This document shows positions 1-12,918 of a stretch of 64,000 nt of DNA, in pieces (position 1 is the stretch's first letter; each line of letters opens with the position of its first letter). Both the position numbers and the translations under genes were made by a program. The notes below the pieces were generated by a model, which saw only the letters and a program-made list of their open reading frames with translations, searched no databases and was not told the origin of the DNA. The stretch comes from Bugula neritina. Its lineage: Eukaryota; Animalia; Bryozoa. The stretch spans positions 8,504,698 through 8,568,697 of the forward strand of contig OZ037765.1 in assembly GCA_964035545.1 (NCBI GenBank), given 5' to 3'.

Positions 1-3000
1 AATCCATTCTTGTGGGCTTTTGAATACTGTGCTAAAAGACCATACCTGTGGGAGAGTTTAGGAGTTAAAAATATAATAATTGTCTCAAGCATATAAAAGA
101 ATACACATAAATAATATTATATGTCACACAGTTATAGGCAGGCAGGCAATCTTATGATAAAATATTGCATTTACAAGCATCTTAGTCACTTATTCCGTGG
201 GTTTCTATTGTTGTATTTAAGCTAATTAGTAGGTATTTGATAAATTTGATTAAAATAAAAACATCGCCTTGTATATTTCAATTAGTTATCTTTACTCTAT
301 GATTGAAAATGCCTTTGTCAACATAATAAATAATTGCAAGTGCCAAAAAAATGATAGTTTAAGGTGTGTTTTAGAATAAATTTTATCGTAAAATCACAGA
401 CATAATATATGAGTAAAACCAACATGCTTTACTATTTATGATAATAGCTATTGGTAGTAAATCTTAGATCATGATTAAAATTTGAATTGCAATTTACACT
501 TAAAAAAGTATGAAAGCTAATTTACAACCTCTTTTGCAGGAACCCAGGCACCGGCATCTGATTTTGTCCAATTGAGTATCACCATTCCCTTGTTTTTGAG
601 GGCGTAGGAGCATTTAGTGCGCATTACCTAGTTGAACACAACAATAACAGAACCATATATTGGATACACAGTTTACATAATTAGTAACAAGGCCAACCTA
701 ACTGAACCGTTTGCATATGACTGTTTAATACACCATTGGTACTAACTAACTCTATGGCAACATTAAGCCAGCACCAAAATTGGCTGCAATGGTATTGGGC
801 AGTAGACTTGAACACCTATTTTTTCACATTGGTTTAAATTGAAAGAAAATAGACTAAATTAGATTAAGGTGCATTGAAATTAGACCCATTAGCCAGTATA
901 CCATTTAAAAATACTTCCTTTTTTAAAAGAAATAATCCAAATGACAACAGAATCAACCAAATCAATATGTTTATCATAAATTGTACAAATACACAATGAT
1001 TTGCATAAAAAAAACACATATTAACTCAACTACAAAAATTGCTAATATTTACAAAGCTTATAAAATCTGATTGATTTGAACAGTGTCCTGCCAAGTACAG
1101 GTTGTGGCTATTTTATCACAATACAATTTTTGAACCCAAACTTTGGAAAATTAATCACCTGCATAATTGTTATTTTCAAAAATGGATTAGTTTGTATTGC
1201 TCCTTAAAGTATTAGGAATTTAACTCCTAAATATAAGGGGAATTCACTGTGTGCATTTGTCAATATCATAATAAATTCCAAGTTTATTAAAAACTTGATA
1301 CCCATATTACGGAACTAGGTGTAATACAAGTTAAAACTTATCATTGGCAAGGTATTCTGAGTAGATGTTAAAACAAACTATAGAATAGATATCTATGTTT
1401 ATTCTATCACCTTTGAAGTTAATGACAGGTTCCTCAAGCTTAAAGGGTCCATATACTCGAACAACAGAAGTAGCACATCAATAGGCAGATGGGAGAACAT
1501 ATCTTCTCCATCCTCACTTGATACAGCAATATCTAAAATATAGCTCATGTAGAAATTATGCTGATTAAATTAGTTTATCACCCTTGTAGATTATGTTTAT
1601 AAAAAATAACTTTTATCTATTAGAAATGATAGAAGCACACAACACCAGCTGAATTAGTGAGTTAAATGATCTTGGATATGAGTTAAAGATGTATTTAGTT
1701 GGGTACTGAAATTAATAATCTTTTTGAGTTTGGCTAGCATATAATCGTTATACTCAATCAAAAATGCATAGTCTATAAGGGCTGCAAAATGAAGTTTTTA
1801 GTTGCATTTTTCAGAGTTTTCATAAGCCATTTCCACAATACAAGTAATTAATTAAAAAAAACATATGAGAAACAGGGTATTTAGTAGGAAAAACAAAGAA
1901 ATCAACCAGTTAACTTTAAAATGCTGCAAGATTTCCAAATATGCTTTCAGAAAATATACAATTAGCAGAATAAAAACATTACCTTGTGCAGATCGCATGC
2001 TAAATGTGTTGGTAACAGGGTTGAAGACAACTTTGTCGTTGTTTGGAGTGGTAAAACGATGCTTCGTGTAACGACAACCATAAATTGCTAAAGGACACCT
2101 CATTTGAAACCAACCATCCAGACCTGCATTGAAAATCACACAAATTTTAAATGCTGAATTTATATTAAACAAATTAAATAAAATAATAGTAAAACTTCCA
2201 CCATGCAAACGAGTAATATGCCGAACCTACCAGTTTGAATATCACAATGAACAGTAGAATAGTGCTGAATGAACTCGTCTCGTCTAAAATCTTGAGCACA
2301 GAGAAAGGTTAACATTTCCATCGGTTTAGATCTGAAGGAGTTGAACATTTCCATCACCAAGTCAACATGAATCTTTTTAGATTTTTGTTCTTCCACAGTA
2401 TGACCACAGTGATCTTCTTCACAGGAGGATGCTAGAGTATTGTGGTTATGATGATCATCTTTGAGTTGGGTGAGAGCAGAGGTGATACTGCGAGCTAATC
2501 CTATATAATATTTATAAGTTCATATATGTATACAGCTCATGTATAAACTTTAATAACTGATATCATTTCGTTTACTTCCTTATAAACTGAAATTTCACTG
2601 CCTGAAACAGCAATTTCTAGAAGCATCTCAAAGTGGTGACATGCATAAAACTTGAAGCATTGTTAGTTTCTATTCAAAGCTCAGGCTGCAGCTAAAGTGT
2701 CAAATATATTTTCTGACAAAACGTCTAGAAATCGCAAGCTACCTGAAATAACTACAGCTAACTTTCTATCTGTAGAAAAGTCGATAAATGGAATGAAATA
2801 ATTTTAGTTTAATAAAATAAGAAATCTTAAAGCAAGTATTGCAACAGCTACAAACTATGAATTCAATTCTAATAAAAACAAGCATTTGATATACCAAAAT
2901 AAGGATTCTAATGTTAAAGACTGGTAAATGCTAATAGCTGTCAGAATATCTCTTACCAGTGTCGTCTCTCTGTACTTTACATAAACTGCAATGCACACTC

Positions 3001-4127
3001 TGGGTATACGAGCGGAAACCTTGAACACAAACAGATGCGGTGCATTAAAATAACAGTTCACTCTACTACAATAAAGAAATACCAAAACCAAATTCGCAAA
3101 GGGAGAAAATATAAAAAAACAAATGACACTATGACTATCTCAAGTCTTAAAAGTTTAAACAGAGGAGGGGGATATCAAAAGTTTTTACATAATACTTAAA
3201 ATTTAAATATTAAATTTCCTACGGTCATAAAACAAATCAATAATAAAACAACTTATTGGTTTTATTTTTAAAGCTAAAAGCTTATAGGTTTACTCATCGT
3301 AACCAAAAATCAACTAATAGTGTTACCACCTTTCTAAATGGACAATAGACATTAGAAAAAAACTAAAGAAATCATTTTCAGATCATGGTACTGCTCACAC
3401 ACACACACACACACACGAGCACACACATGCAGCAAGTGCACACACGCAAACACACATTCACATGCGCTCACTATATAGGAAAATATTGCATGATGAGCTC
3501 TAAAGAATCTTTACCTGGTGGTGACTCTGAAGTACTGCCTTTATTTTTAGTGCCCGGTGAAAGAAGATCTAAAGCATTGAAATGCTCGTCCTCACAGTTG
3601 TGATGACCTGTTACTTGTGCACCTTTGTTCACAATGGGTACGGCCGGGAAATTTACTGTGAAATTATTTCTCAGGGAGCTTAAAAGAGTGCGAGGCAATT
3701 CAAGTGCCTCTTCCAGCATTTTTTGGTCACGTTTAGCAAGAGCAACATCTAATATGTCTGTTGAGATTTGAGAGCACAGAGATTCTTCATCCAACGGAAT
3801 ACTTTCTTTGGAAACAAAACCACTGTGCAATCTATTCCATTCTACCTTACAACTTATAACATGAGCTGGACAATGTAGTAAATGAGCTGTTAATTTAAAT
3901 CTTGGGAAACTGTGTGGACACCCATAACTTTTGTTAACACAGGGTATTACAAATGATGAGCAAATGTGATTCTGGTGTTCAATAACTTTACATTTATGAA
4001 GCATGCTGCTGCATCCTGATGGACAAAGCACTACTTCGCAACTTTCTTCATTTGCATCGGCATTTGTAAGTTGGCTGTTTATTTTACAGTTGGAGTAGTA
4101 ACAACTTCTACAGTGATCGTGAATCAT
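1..4127 (-). CDS. FBXO30: F-box only protein 30/40-like (TRAF-type Zn finger + F-box); spliced, 3' end outside window
   Basis: GT-AG exons 4127-3515, 2500-2231, 2123-1983, 1532-1411, 627-529, 45-1. Motifs: HDHCRSC..CPSGC..HKCK..PCVNKSYGCP..HLLHCPA..EWNR; FRRDEFIQHYSTVHCDIQTGLDGWFQMRCPLAIYGC; F-box-like SHLPIDVLLLLFEYMDPLSLRNLSLTSK; VWSFST. Cannot separate FBXO30 from FBXO40. Confidence 0.85.
3396..3416. repeat. (CA)n microsatellite in FBXO30 intron
   Basis: Pure CA run followed by degenerate CA-rich sequence to about 3470. Confidence 0.9.
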
Positions 4128-4689
4128 ATCTGTATGAACATAAACTCCTAAAATTAGAAGCAGTTGGTAAAAGATAAAAATTTAGGAACTTTTTTGAATT
4201 CCTAAACTTTAAGACTTGATGCCATGCAAGGAATCTTATAAATGATAGTCAACTTTTTGTTGCACAAATATAGTTGTTTAGGTTATTCAAAGTACCACTA
4301 AAGAAGATATCTCAGCCACTACAGCATCACTGTCTCTTCATGCAGTGGTGCCATGGCTGAAAGGCTAATCAGTGTATGTCAGCAATTGGTTTCGTAACAG
4401 CTTCAATGCACCAAAAGCTAATAAAGAAGTTTTAAGCTTGCATACTGATAACCCAAAACAAACAAATGTTCACCAGCCTCACATAACTTTCTTGCTTAAG
4501 TGAGTAAAAGAAGTTTTGCATTTATTATATAATGACTTTTAATGCATTCAAACAGAAAAAATGTTTTATTACAGAGCTCTATTGCTACATGGCAGCGGTT
4601 TTGGTTTAAACATACTAGTAACTAGAGATAAGTTATATACAAAATTAGCTGAAAATAAAAACAGAGTATTTGCCAGATGTTGGAAACCA

Positions 4690-5030
4690 AGGAGACAATA
4701 AAATGAAGAAGCATGATAGCCAAAACACAGAAAGCCTGCCCAAATGTTCAAATATATAGAAAAAATCGAACAAGATGAAAATTTTTACAAGAAGATAGAG
4801 CTAAAAATTTTAAAGGCTTGAAATAAATGGAGAGAACTGACTGGTGTGCTCCGTGATATAGAAAAGATGCCTACCAGGCTGAAAATGCTTATTTATAAGA
4901 CGGCAATAAGACCGGCTGCACTGTGTTGAAGAGACATCTACCTAACAAGATGTGAAATTGTAAAATGCATATGTTTAAGCATGCATAACTCTCAAAAACC
5001 TCAAGAGAAGTAAGGATATGAAACAGCAGA
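4690..5030 (+). pseudogene. Decayed RTE-clade LINE reverse transcriptase fragment
   Basis: About 4813-4923 translates, with a stop and a frameshift, to KA*NKWRELTGVLRD/KMPTRLKMLIYKTAIRPAAL, resembling the post-RT WRELxGVLCDKKxPxxLKxxIYKTxxRP motif of RTE LINEs. Boundaries approximate. Confidence 0.65.
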
Positions 5031-5753
5031 AGTTTTGCTAAATACCTATCACTAATAGTAACACATTAAATTTAATAGTCAGGAATACCTATAATACTTA
5101 TAGTTATCAAGCATACACTATGACTATGACCATTCCTATAGTATTTACTTAGTCTTACAAGGCAAAACTAAATGTCAATGTGATGCTCATTACTCATACT
5201 AATTGATTTTTAAATTTTATATTGATATTGAGAATCATAGCAGCCATTACCCATTAAATTTAGATCAGAAAAACAATTATAACTATAACTGTATAAGTAT
5301 AACATTAGCTCATCATCATTGAATTTAATAAAATACTAAATGAAAAAATTTAATACACTGCTGACATTAATGATTGTCATTTTCACTTATTCAATCATTG
5401 TGATTGTGATAAAGATAGTCAAGTCATTTGTGATTTTTAATTATCAATATCATTAACAAGGTCAAGGTCGCGAAGATGGCGAACGCAAAAATTTAAAATT
5501 TAAATTCTTATGCCAATTTGGTTCAAAATTCACCACTTAGGTAGGGCGTGCCTCATATCCAAACATACTCAAAGCATACAAAAAATTTCCCTCATACAAA
5601 AAGTAACTTTTTGCTCTCTAGATCTTAGAAACTAATAACTATACTATACTACGAATTAGTATTAGTATAGTATTATAAATAATAATAATAATTATAAACA
5701 TAATTATTATTATATTGTATTGTTACTACAACACAAGATTCTAGTTGTCCGTG

Positions 5754-6776
5754 ATGGCTGGTGCCCGGAACACTCAAAGCCAACCACAACCAGGATCACA
5801 ACAGTCTCAAAGTGACAAAAATAAAGACTCAACCAACCCAGAATGCAAAACTCGTAACAATGTCGATTGCTATGTTACTAACACAAGGGGCCTTTCTCAA
5901 AAATTTGGTGCTAAGTGGATCCAATGTGATTTTTGTGATGATTGGTTCCATGGTACCTGCCAAAGCCTCACCAATTCAGATGTTGCTACGCTAGACAAAA
6001 TGGATGAAAATAATGTGAAATGGTTCTGCAACACATGCCTTCCAGTCATTGAAGCTTCTCTTCAAGGCCGAGACAGGGTGAACAACAACGGTGAAGACTC
6101 TCTTGCGCTTCACAGCACCCACTCAAGAAAGCTTAATAAAATTGAAGACATAATGCAACAAATTAATGCAAAGATTGGAGCAACAAACACTGCCCTTGAA
6201 GAAAGAATGACAAAACTAGAGAAATCATATGCCGACGCTGCAAAGTCAAATACTGAAAACCTGAAGAAAGGGATGGAGATCAGCGACAGTGCTCGAAACC
6301 TGCTGAAGAAGAGTATTGAACAACGGGAGACTGAAAACAGGAAAAATAATGCCGTTCTTTATGGCATAGATGAACAGGAAGGTAAAAGCGCACTGGAGAT
6401 GATTAAAGACTTAATGACGAGTGATACTTTTCATGCAACTCCGAAACCCCTAACAGCAATACGCTTACAGACCTCAGGACCAGTTGACAAAAACAAACCA
6501 AGGCCGATTAAAATAGAATTTTCAGACGAATATTCAAAGTGGGAATTCCTAAAAAGAAAAAATGCTACACTACGTGGACGCAAGATCTACTGCAAACTTG
6601 ATGAATGCAAAGAGATTCGTGACCAGCAGTATGCCCTTCGGCAAGAGATAAAGCGAATGAAAGGGGAAAACAGTGACACTGACCAAGAAACTGACTATCG
6701 AATAAGAAATATGAGAATACAGACAAAATCTCCTTCGGGGGAATGGCGATACATGACCAAACAGACCAGTGTTTAA
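5754..6776 (+). CDS. LINE ORF1p: PHD finger, coiled coil, RRM-like domain
   Basis: WIQCDFCDDWFHGTC..WFCNTC (PHD); heptad region LNKIEDIMQQIN..LEERMTKLEKSYADA; RKNNAVLYGIDE..KPRPIKIEF typical of CR1/L2 ORF1. First ATG is at 5754 (ORF track starts at TTG 5745). Confidence 0.88.
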   Translation: MAGARNTQSQPQPGSQQSQSDKNKDSTNPECKTRNNVDCYVTNTRGLSQKFGAKWIQCDFCDDWFHGTCQSLTNSDVATLDKMDENNVKWFCNTCLPVIEASLQGRDRVNNNGEDSLALHSTHSRKLNKIEDIMQQINAKIGATNTALEERMTKLEKSYADAAKSNTENLKKGMEISDSARNLLKKSIEQRETENRKNNAVLYGIDEQEGKSALEMIKDLMTSDTFHATPKPLTAIRLQTSGPVDKNKPRPIKIEFSDEYSKWEFLKRKNATLRGRKIYCKLDECKEIRDQQYALRQEIKRMKGENSDTDQETDYRIRNMRIQTKSPSGEWRYMTKQTSV

Positions 6777-9517
6777 AATTCTTTCTTGCCAATGTGAGAT
6801 CTCTCAAAGGCAAAACTATTGAACTATCATCACAAACATGTAATTCCGACATAATCTGCCTGACTGAGACACACATAAATCAGATGATACCAAGTCACAC
6901 CATCTTTGATTATAACAACAAAAGGATCTACAGAAAGGATCGTAATGTAAATGGGGGTGGGGTCTTAATTGCCATTAATGACAACCTGCGCTCTACCCAA
7001 ATTAACATAGAAGATAAAACTAGTGCCGAGATCATATTTGTAAGAATAGAGGAGAGCTTAATTGTCGGATGTTACTACAGACCCCCACATGATAGAGATG
7101 TATCCATATTGAGTAGCAACCTAGAATTATTAACTCAACAGTTCCCCAATGACCACATCATCTTAGCCGGAGATTTCAATCTCCCTCACATTAATTGGCA
7201 CACTTATCAACCCAAACTGAAGGCCCAGGATAAGGTCCTTCATAACTCATTCCTATGTATGTTGAACTTCTATAACCTAAGTCAACTAATAACCTCACCA
7301 ACCCACATTCATGGCAACACGCTCGACTTACTTTGCACCAACTCCCTTCAAGACTTAACATCCCAAGACGTAATCTTCCCAGGGCTAAGTGATCACGCCA
7401 TGATAAAAGCAAATATCCGATGGAACAAAGCAAAAGACCACCATATAGTAACCTCCAAAACTGTCAAAGATTACCACAGAGTAGATATCAACAAATTCCG
7501 GGAAGATATGCAAAGAACTAAACATGACCTAGATGAATTGGATGATGTACAGGAAATGTGGGATCATTTTTCATCTAGTCTACAACAGGCCATATGTGAC
7601 CATGTCCCAACGAAAGTACTGTCGTCTAAGCTTAAAAATGAACCTGTTTGGTTTAACAAAGAGTGTAGACGGATATCACGTAAAGAGAGGAAAAGCTATA
7701 ATCACTACAAAACAAACCGGGACTTATTCAGTTATGCGAAATACAAGGAAATCCGGAAAACAGCTAAGAAAGTCTTTAGGATGGTAAAAAGTGAATATGG
7801 TCACAATAAAATCATCCAACCACTCCTAGAAGGCAACAGTAAGCCCTTTTACCGGCACCTCAAAGGAAACTCAAATAACAAAAATCGCATAAAACTCAAA
7901 ATGACTGATGGTACCCTTAATGCAGATCCAGAAAACTGTGCGGAAACCTTCAACAAATTCTTCCACTCCCAGTTCAACAGTGGGCACCAACTGACATCAC
8001 TTGGTCCCAACTCAACAAACATAGATAATCCACCAGATATCGACAGCAATGGTATTGCCAAGTTAATACAGAAACTCAAGCCTGGAAAAGCTCCAGGTCC
8101 AGATGGCCTGAGGAAGGCAGATCTGATGGTTGATCTCCCACTAATATCCGCTTGTCTTGCGATCATATACAAAACCTCTATGAATCAACAGAAGCTCCCC
8201 ACCCAGTGGAAAGAGGCGTATGTGACCCCTATCCATAAAAGCGGTGCAGAGGATTGTGCTCAAAACTATCGACCCATCTCACTGACTAGCATCCCATGTA
8301 AAATGGCAGAACATCTCATCCTACGTAAAATACTTGCCAACGTTGACAATGTACTGAGCACAAGACAACACGGCTTCCGCCAGGACTTGTCCTGCGAGAC
8401 CCAATTATGCGCCACTCTCCATCAGATACTGAACTATGTCGATAAACATAAGGCTGTTCACGCAGCAGTCCTAGATTTTACAAAAGCATTTGACCGGGTC
8501 CCCCATGCCCTTCTAATGGAGAAACTACGAACAATTGCACCAATGGAAGACTATCTGCTCGGATGGGTACACAACTTCCTCCTAAACCGATCTCAGAGGG
8601 TCGTACTCGATGGCAAAAAGTCAGAACCACTGCCAGTGACGTCTGGGGTACCTCAGGGCTCTGTGCTCGGCCCCATACTGTTTCTCGTGTTCATAAATGA
8701 TCTCCCTGACTGTGTTGATTGTGAAGTTGGTCTCTTCGCAGATGACACCCTCCTCTACCAGCCTGTCTCAGATGACCAAGACAGACTAAGGTTTCAAAGG
8801 AACATAGATGCAGCAGGAAGTTGGGCTTCAAAGTGGGGTATGGAGTTCAATGTTAAAAAGAGCAAAATTATGGCATTCAAAGAGCAAGATATACCAGCAC
8901 ACTACAGGTTAAATGGCACAGTTCTAGAACAGGTGGACAAATCAACATACCTCGGAGTGACTCTACAGGCCAACCTGAAGTTTGATAATCATATCCAGAG
9001 CAAAATATTGCTAGCAAACAAACAACTGGGGATGATCAAAAGGGCTTTGCACTGGGCACCCGAAAAAGTGAGACTCATGGCTTACAAATCCCTATGCCTT
9101 CCTCACCTAGACTATGCTTCTGCTGTTTGGGACCCCTATACTACAAAAGAAATAAATTCCATCGAAGAGGTACAAACACGGGCAGTAAGAGCCATAGCTA
9201 ACATCAAGGGTAGAAGAGGAGTGCGAGAAGCAAAAGAAAGACTGGAGCTGGCTGCCCTCGATGAAAGAAGAAGAACTCAACGGCTAAGACTCCTTATGAG
9301 GATACTCCAAAAGGAAGAATATCACCCAGCACTCTCTGCAGCGTATGACGAACTAATAAATACCCCGGAAAGTTTTATCCAAACTAGGGCCCAAACACTA
9401 GGACAGCCAAGATCAGTCAGCACCAATAATAACTGCTATTATAACAGCTTCTTGCCACGAACAATCCGTGACCTTAAAGGGAACAATCCTTGCAAGACTA
9501 ATTTACACACAGAATAA
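6743..9517 (+). CDS. LINE ORF2p: AP endonuclease + reverse transcriptase
   Basis: NVRSL, LTETH, RKDR..GGGV, GDFN, SDH (APE); KAPGPDG, NYRPISLTS, QHGFR, LDFTKAFDRVPH, GVPQGSVLGP, FADD, YLGV (RT); 924 aa uninterrupted. Confidence 0.95.
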   Translation: MAIHDQTDQCLKFFLANVRSLKGKTIELSSQTCNSDIICLTETHINQMIPSHTIFDYNNKRIYRKDRNVNGGGVLIAINDNLRSTQINIEDKTSAEIIFVRIEESLIVGCYYRPPHDRDVSILSSNLELLTQQFPNDHIILAGDFNLPHINWHTYQPKLKAQDKVLHNSFLCMLNFYNLSQLITSPTHIHGNTLDLLCTNSLQDLTSQDVIFPGLSDHAMIKANIRWNKAKDHHIVTSKTVKDYHRVDINKFREDMQRTKHDLDELDDVQEMWDHFSSSLQQAICDHVPTKVLSSKLKNEPVWFNKECRRISRKERKSYNHYKTNRDLFSYAKYKEIRKTAKKVFRMVKSEYGHNKIIQPLLEGNSKPFYRHLKGNSNNKNRIKLKMTDGTLNADPENCAETFNKFFHSQFNSGHQLTSLGPNSTNIDNPPDIDSNGIAKLIQKLKPGKAPGPDGLRKADLMVDLPLISACLAIIYKTSMNQQKLPTQWKEAYVTPIHKSGAEDCAQNYRPISLTSIPCKMAEHLILRKILANVDNVLSTRQHGFRQDLSCETQLCATLHQILNYVDKHKAVHAAVLDFTKAFDRVPHALLMEKLRTIAPMEDYLLGWVHNFLLNRSQRVVLDGKKSEPLPVTSGVPQGSVLGPILFLVFINDLPDCVDCEVGLFADDTLLYQPVSDDQDRLRFQRNIDAAGSWASKWGMEFNVKKSKIMAFKEQDIPAHYRLNGTVLEQVDKSTYLGVTLQANLKFDNHIQSKILLANKQLGMIKRALHWAPEKVRLMAYKSLCLPHLDYASAVWDPYTTKEINSIEEVQTRAVRAIANIKGRRGVREAKERLELAALDERRRTQRLRLLMRILQKEEYHPALSAAYDELINTPESFIQTRAQTLGQPRSVSTNNNCYYNSFLPRTIRDLKGNNPCKTNLHTE

Positions 9518-12500
9518 TCTAAACATTGACAGGTTAACTTACCTGTACTAATAAACAATATTGCGACACACACTGCAACCAATTTATGGACTATTGTATG
9601 CATTTTACTTTCTGACCAACCATAAACATATGAGGCATGCCGCTTCTGCTACCTAGTGGTCTAGCATGATCGTAATCTGGAGGTAACTGGAGGAGGTAAC
9701 AATATGACTATCAGTGAACCACTGTCATCAGGCTCAGCATGATCACTTGATCATCACGATTTGTAACTTTTTATTGTTATACTTATGTTATTCACTTATT
9801 GGTAATAGATATAATATTTAATTTTATTGTGACACCATCACCATGACTCATGAGTATCAGTATGACTATGATATTCTATTATCATTATCATTATGACTAT
9901 CACTATGACTTATGAGTTGTGAGTACGACTATGAGTATGAGAGTGACTGTTAGTGTGAGTATCAGTATGAGTATTACTATCAGTATGACTATGCATTGTG
10001 ATTTAATTTTATTGATTCTTACATTAAGTTTAACATTGAATTATGAATAATAAACGATTCATTGATTAATATAAATATTTACGATTTATCAATATGAATA
10101 TATTGACATGCTGATCTATAATTATAAAGTTATAAGTAAAATATTACTATAGTCTATTAACTTTAGTATTACTTTTGGTGTTAGTATTACTACCACTATC
10201 ACTATGATGATTAAAAGTGTGAGTGGTAACGAATACGATAGCTGATAACGATAGTGATAGTCATAGTGATAGTCGGATAACACGATAGCCTTCGTAAAAA
10301 TGGGGAAATATCATGAGCGCGCGTTATGCGTCACTGTTGCGAATTCTTGGGAAGCAACATGCATAGTGGAGAAATCATGCACACTTGCAAACATGCACTT
10401 TATACCATTTTAGGTTACGACTTACGTCATACGTGTCCAAAAAGATATGACTTTCTTTGTCTAACAATATTACTTGATGTTTTCAATTAGTATCACTACT
10501 CTTTTATGTACAATAATTAATATTATCTTCAATAAGGATACACCTTTGAGATATTTAAAATTTTCTCTTTGCTCCAGCTCACATAAGCTCTGTGTGTTGT
10601 CATTGAAGATGTAATTATTCTAGCTTGTGGTAATTCACAGAACACTGTGCTTGTTGTGTGAACACGGTGTATGCATGTCTGTAAGTAAGTAAGCAAGAGA
10701 TCTCCGTATTGAAACCAATTCTGGCATGATGATAGTGGAAAACACTGCAGCTAAGAGGATATGGATTAAAGAAACAAATATCAAGGTTGCCAGTATGTAG
10801 ATGGTGACTTTGAGACAATTCTGGTCTGAATACAAGTTATTGGTATGGTATGGTGCTGATTATTGTTAAATTTGATGCATGCTAGGCTATATATGCACTC
10901 AGAGCCGATATGTTGCCCAAAATGTATTATTGGAAAACCTAATAAAAACAATAATAAAAAGGCAAAGCACGCTATTCTCTCCAATGACATTGTTGTTATT
11001 ATATTTCTTCTAAAAAGTTCGCATCTTATTCTGCACATATGAGAAATAATCACATTTGTATCTCAAACTCTACAGTATATTAAATACATGATCAGCAAAT
11101 TCCTAACAGCTACAGCATATACAGCTGTATTTATTGTTTCTAAGGATAGAGATAGGTTAGGGCAGAGGTGACATTTGATACAAGCCAATATAAATATCTT
11201 TATTTTATAAGCAAATTCATTGCAAGCAACCTTCACCTTGTAGGAATATCAGTATTTTACATTGCCCATTACTTTTCAATTTGCTATTCATAGAAAATAC
11301 AAAGGATATCGGATAAAGAACTGCATAATTAAGAATACACAAATCCTGTGAATGGTTACCACCTCACATAATTAAGAGCTGCATTATCTTTTAAGGTGAA
11401 ATTATTTCTAAACCTATATGACTTTTGACGGCTGCCCTATATGTGAAATACACTCACTGTTTACTTCTGTAACCTCAGAGCTTGCATATAAATGTTTTAA
11501 TGGTCAAGTTATAGAGATCTCATATAATGACGTTTTATGTCAGGAGTTATATATTGTCGGCTAAAGTTGACCATGGAATAGGTTATAACTCTTTATTATC
11601 CTGCCTCAAATATCTGCTGCTATAGGCTACACTTGAGATCGGTCAATTGACAAAAAATATAGATACATTTTGCAAAAATTATAAATTACTAAAACTTTCT
11701 AATTGTTGGCAGTTACTCTAAGTAGTCTAAAGTAAAGAATTATGAAGAATTCACCACATTATCTGCTGCTACTATCTTTGCACAATGAATTGCAGCTCTC
11801 ATCTGATGAGTCTGAGTGTCCCATGAAGATCAATAACACACAAACATAACACTAACAGCCCAAAGTAATGTTTTGGTTTGCTTTCAGACAGCATTAAATA
11901 TATTGCTATTTCTCCACAAACAGCTGCAAGTGCATGGTTGGTGTGTTGCATAGTAGGTCAGGTCGTGGTAGGAATGTACCAAATTATTGCGCTATAAGAC
12001 ATATACATGTAGCGGAGCAGCATATAAAATAATACTTCTCATTAAATTGTGTAGCCGCATCCTAAATTGAAACTACATGCAGGGGTGGATGCAGGCAATG
12101 GCAACCTTTGTTACTATGATTTTTTGTACTTATTGAGAAATTGTCTTACCATGTCAGAAATTCTATAATTTAGAAGTCATTAACTGTTACAAACATAATT
12201 GCAATATCATAACTTGCCATCCAATGCATAGTGTTTTCCACAAAAGTGGTCAAACACTCAGGTGGTGAAAAATGTTTTACACTAATATTATAAAGAGTAG
12301 TACAAGAAAAGGCTTGGAGTGGATACAGCAAAATATTTGAAGTGGTTCATTTTGCGCCAAATTATGAACTGCATTTAAACTATTTGTGTATCATATGAAA
12401 ACCTACACAAATACTAATTTAATAAATTACCCGTTTAAACTAAAAGGTATTTAAAAATCAAAACAAACTGCACGAAACTAGAACCAGGAGAATCAGACAG

Positions 12501-12918
12501 ATAAATTTTGAAAAATAATATATTTATTGTTTACCTTTGTCGTAACTCGTAAACCAAAGCAATTGTACATCAAGCAGTTGTGAGACAATTTTTCCATGTT
12601 GTCAACATGATTTATCAACATCACCATTACTTTACTTTAAAAAACTCATTTGTACAACATTGCTACTGCCTTTGAGCTTAAGCCACAATAAATCAGTGTT
12701 ATGATAGTATCATAAAAAAGGAATTAGCATGGTAAAAACAAGTTTAGACTAAGATAAGAAACACAAATAATCAACTATAAATGCTTTGGTAGACTTATTT
12801 ATATACTGTTTGTAGGTATTGGTAAACACATTTTGCACTATACGCATATAAAAATCATTATATCATAAATAGTAAAATAAGAAAGGAAGTAGTTGCATTA
12901 TAAACAGACATACGAGCT

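Larger units (their letters stand above)
5451..9699 (+). mobile_element. Apparently full-length CR1-type non-LTR retrotransposon
   Basis: Two open overlapping ORFs, ~300-bp 5' UTR with AAGATGGCG near its start, short 3' UTR ending in a CTGGAGGTAA-like tandem tail (9677-9699); candidate TSD CAATAT at 5445-5450 and 9700-9705. Confidence 0.85.

Noticed and set aside
10440-12540. Short ORFs and a possible C/D-box pair (ATGATGA at about 10727, CTGA at about 10826) between FBXO30 and GINS3
   Set aside because: No recognisable protein, consistent exon chain, terminal stem or guide sequence; left unannotated.
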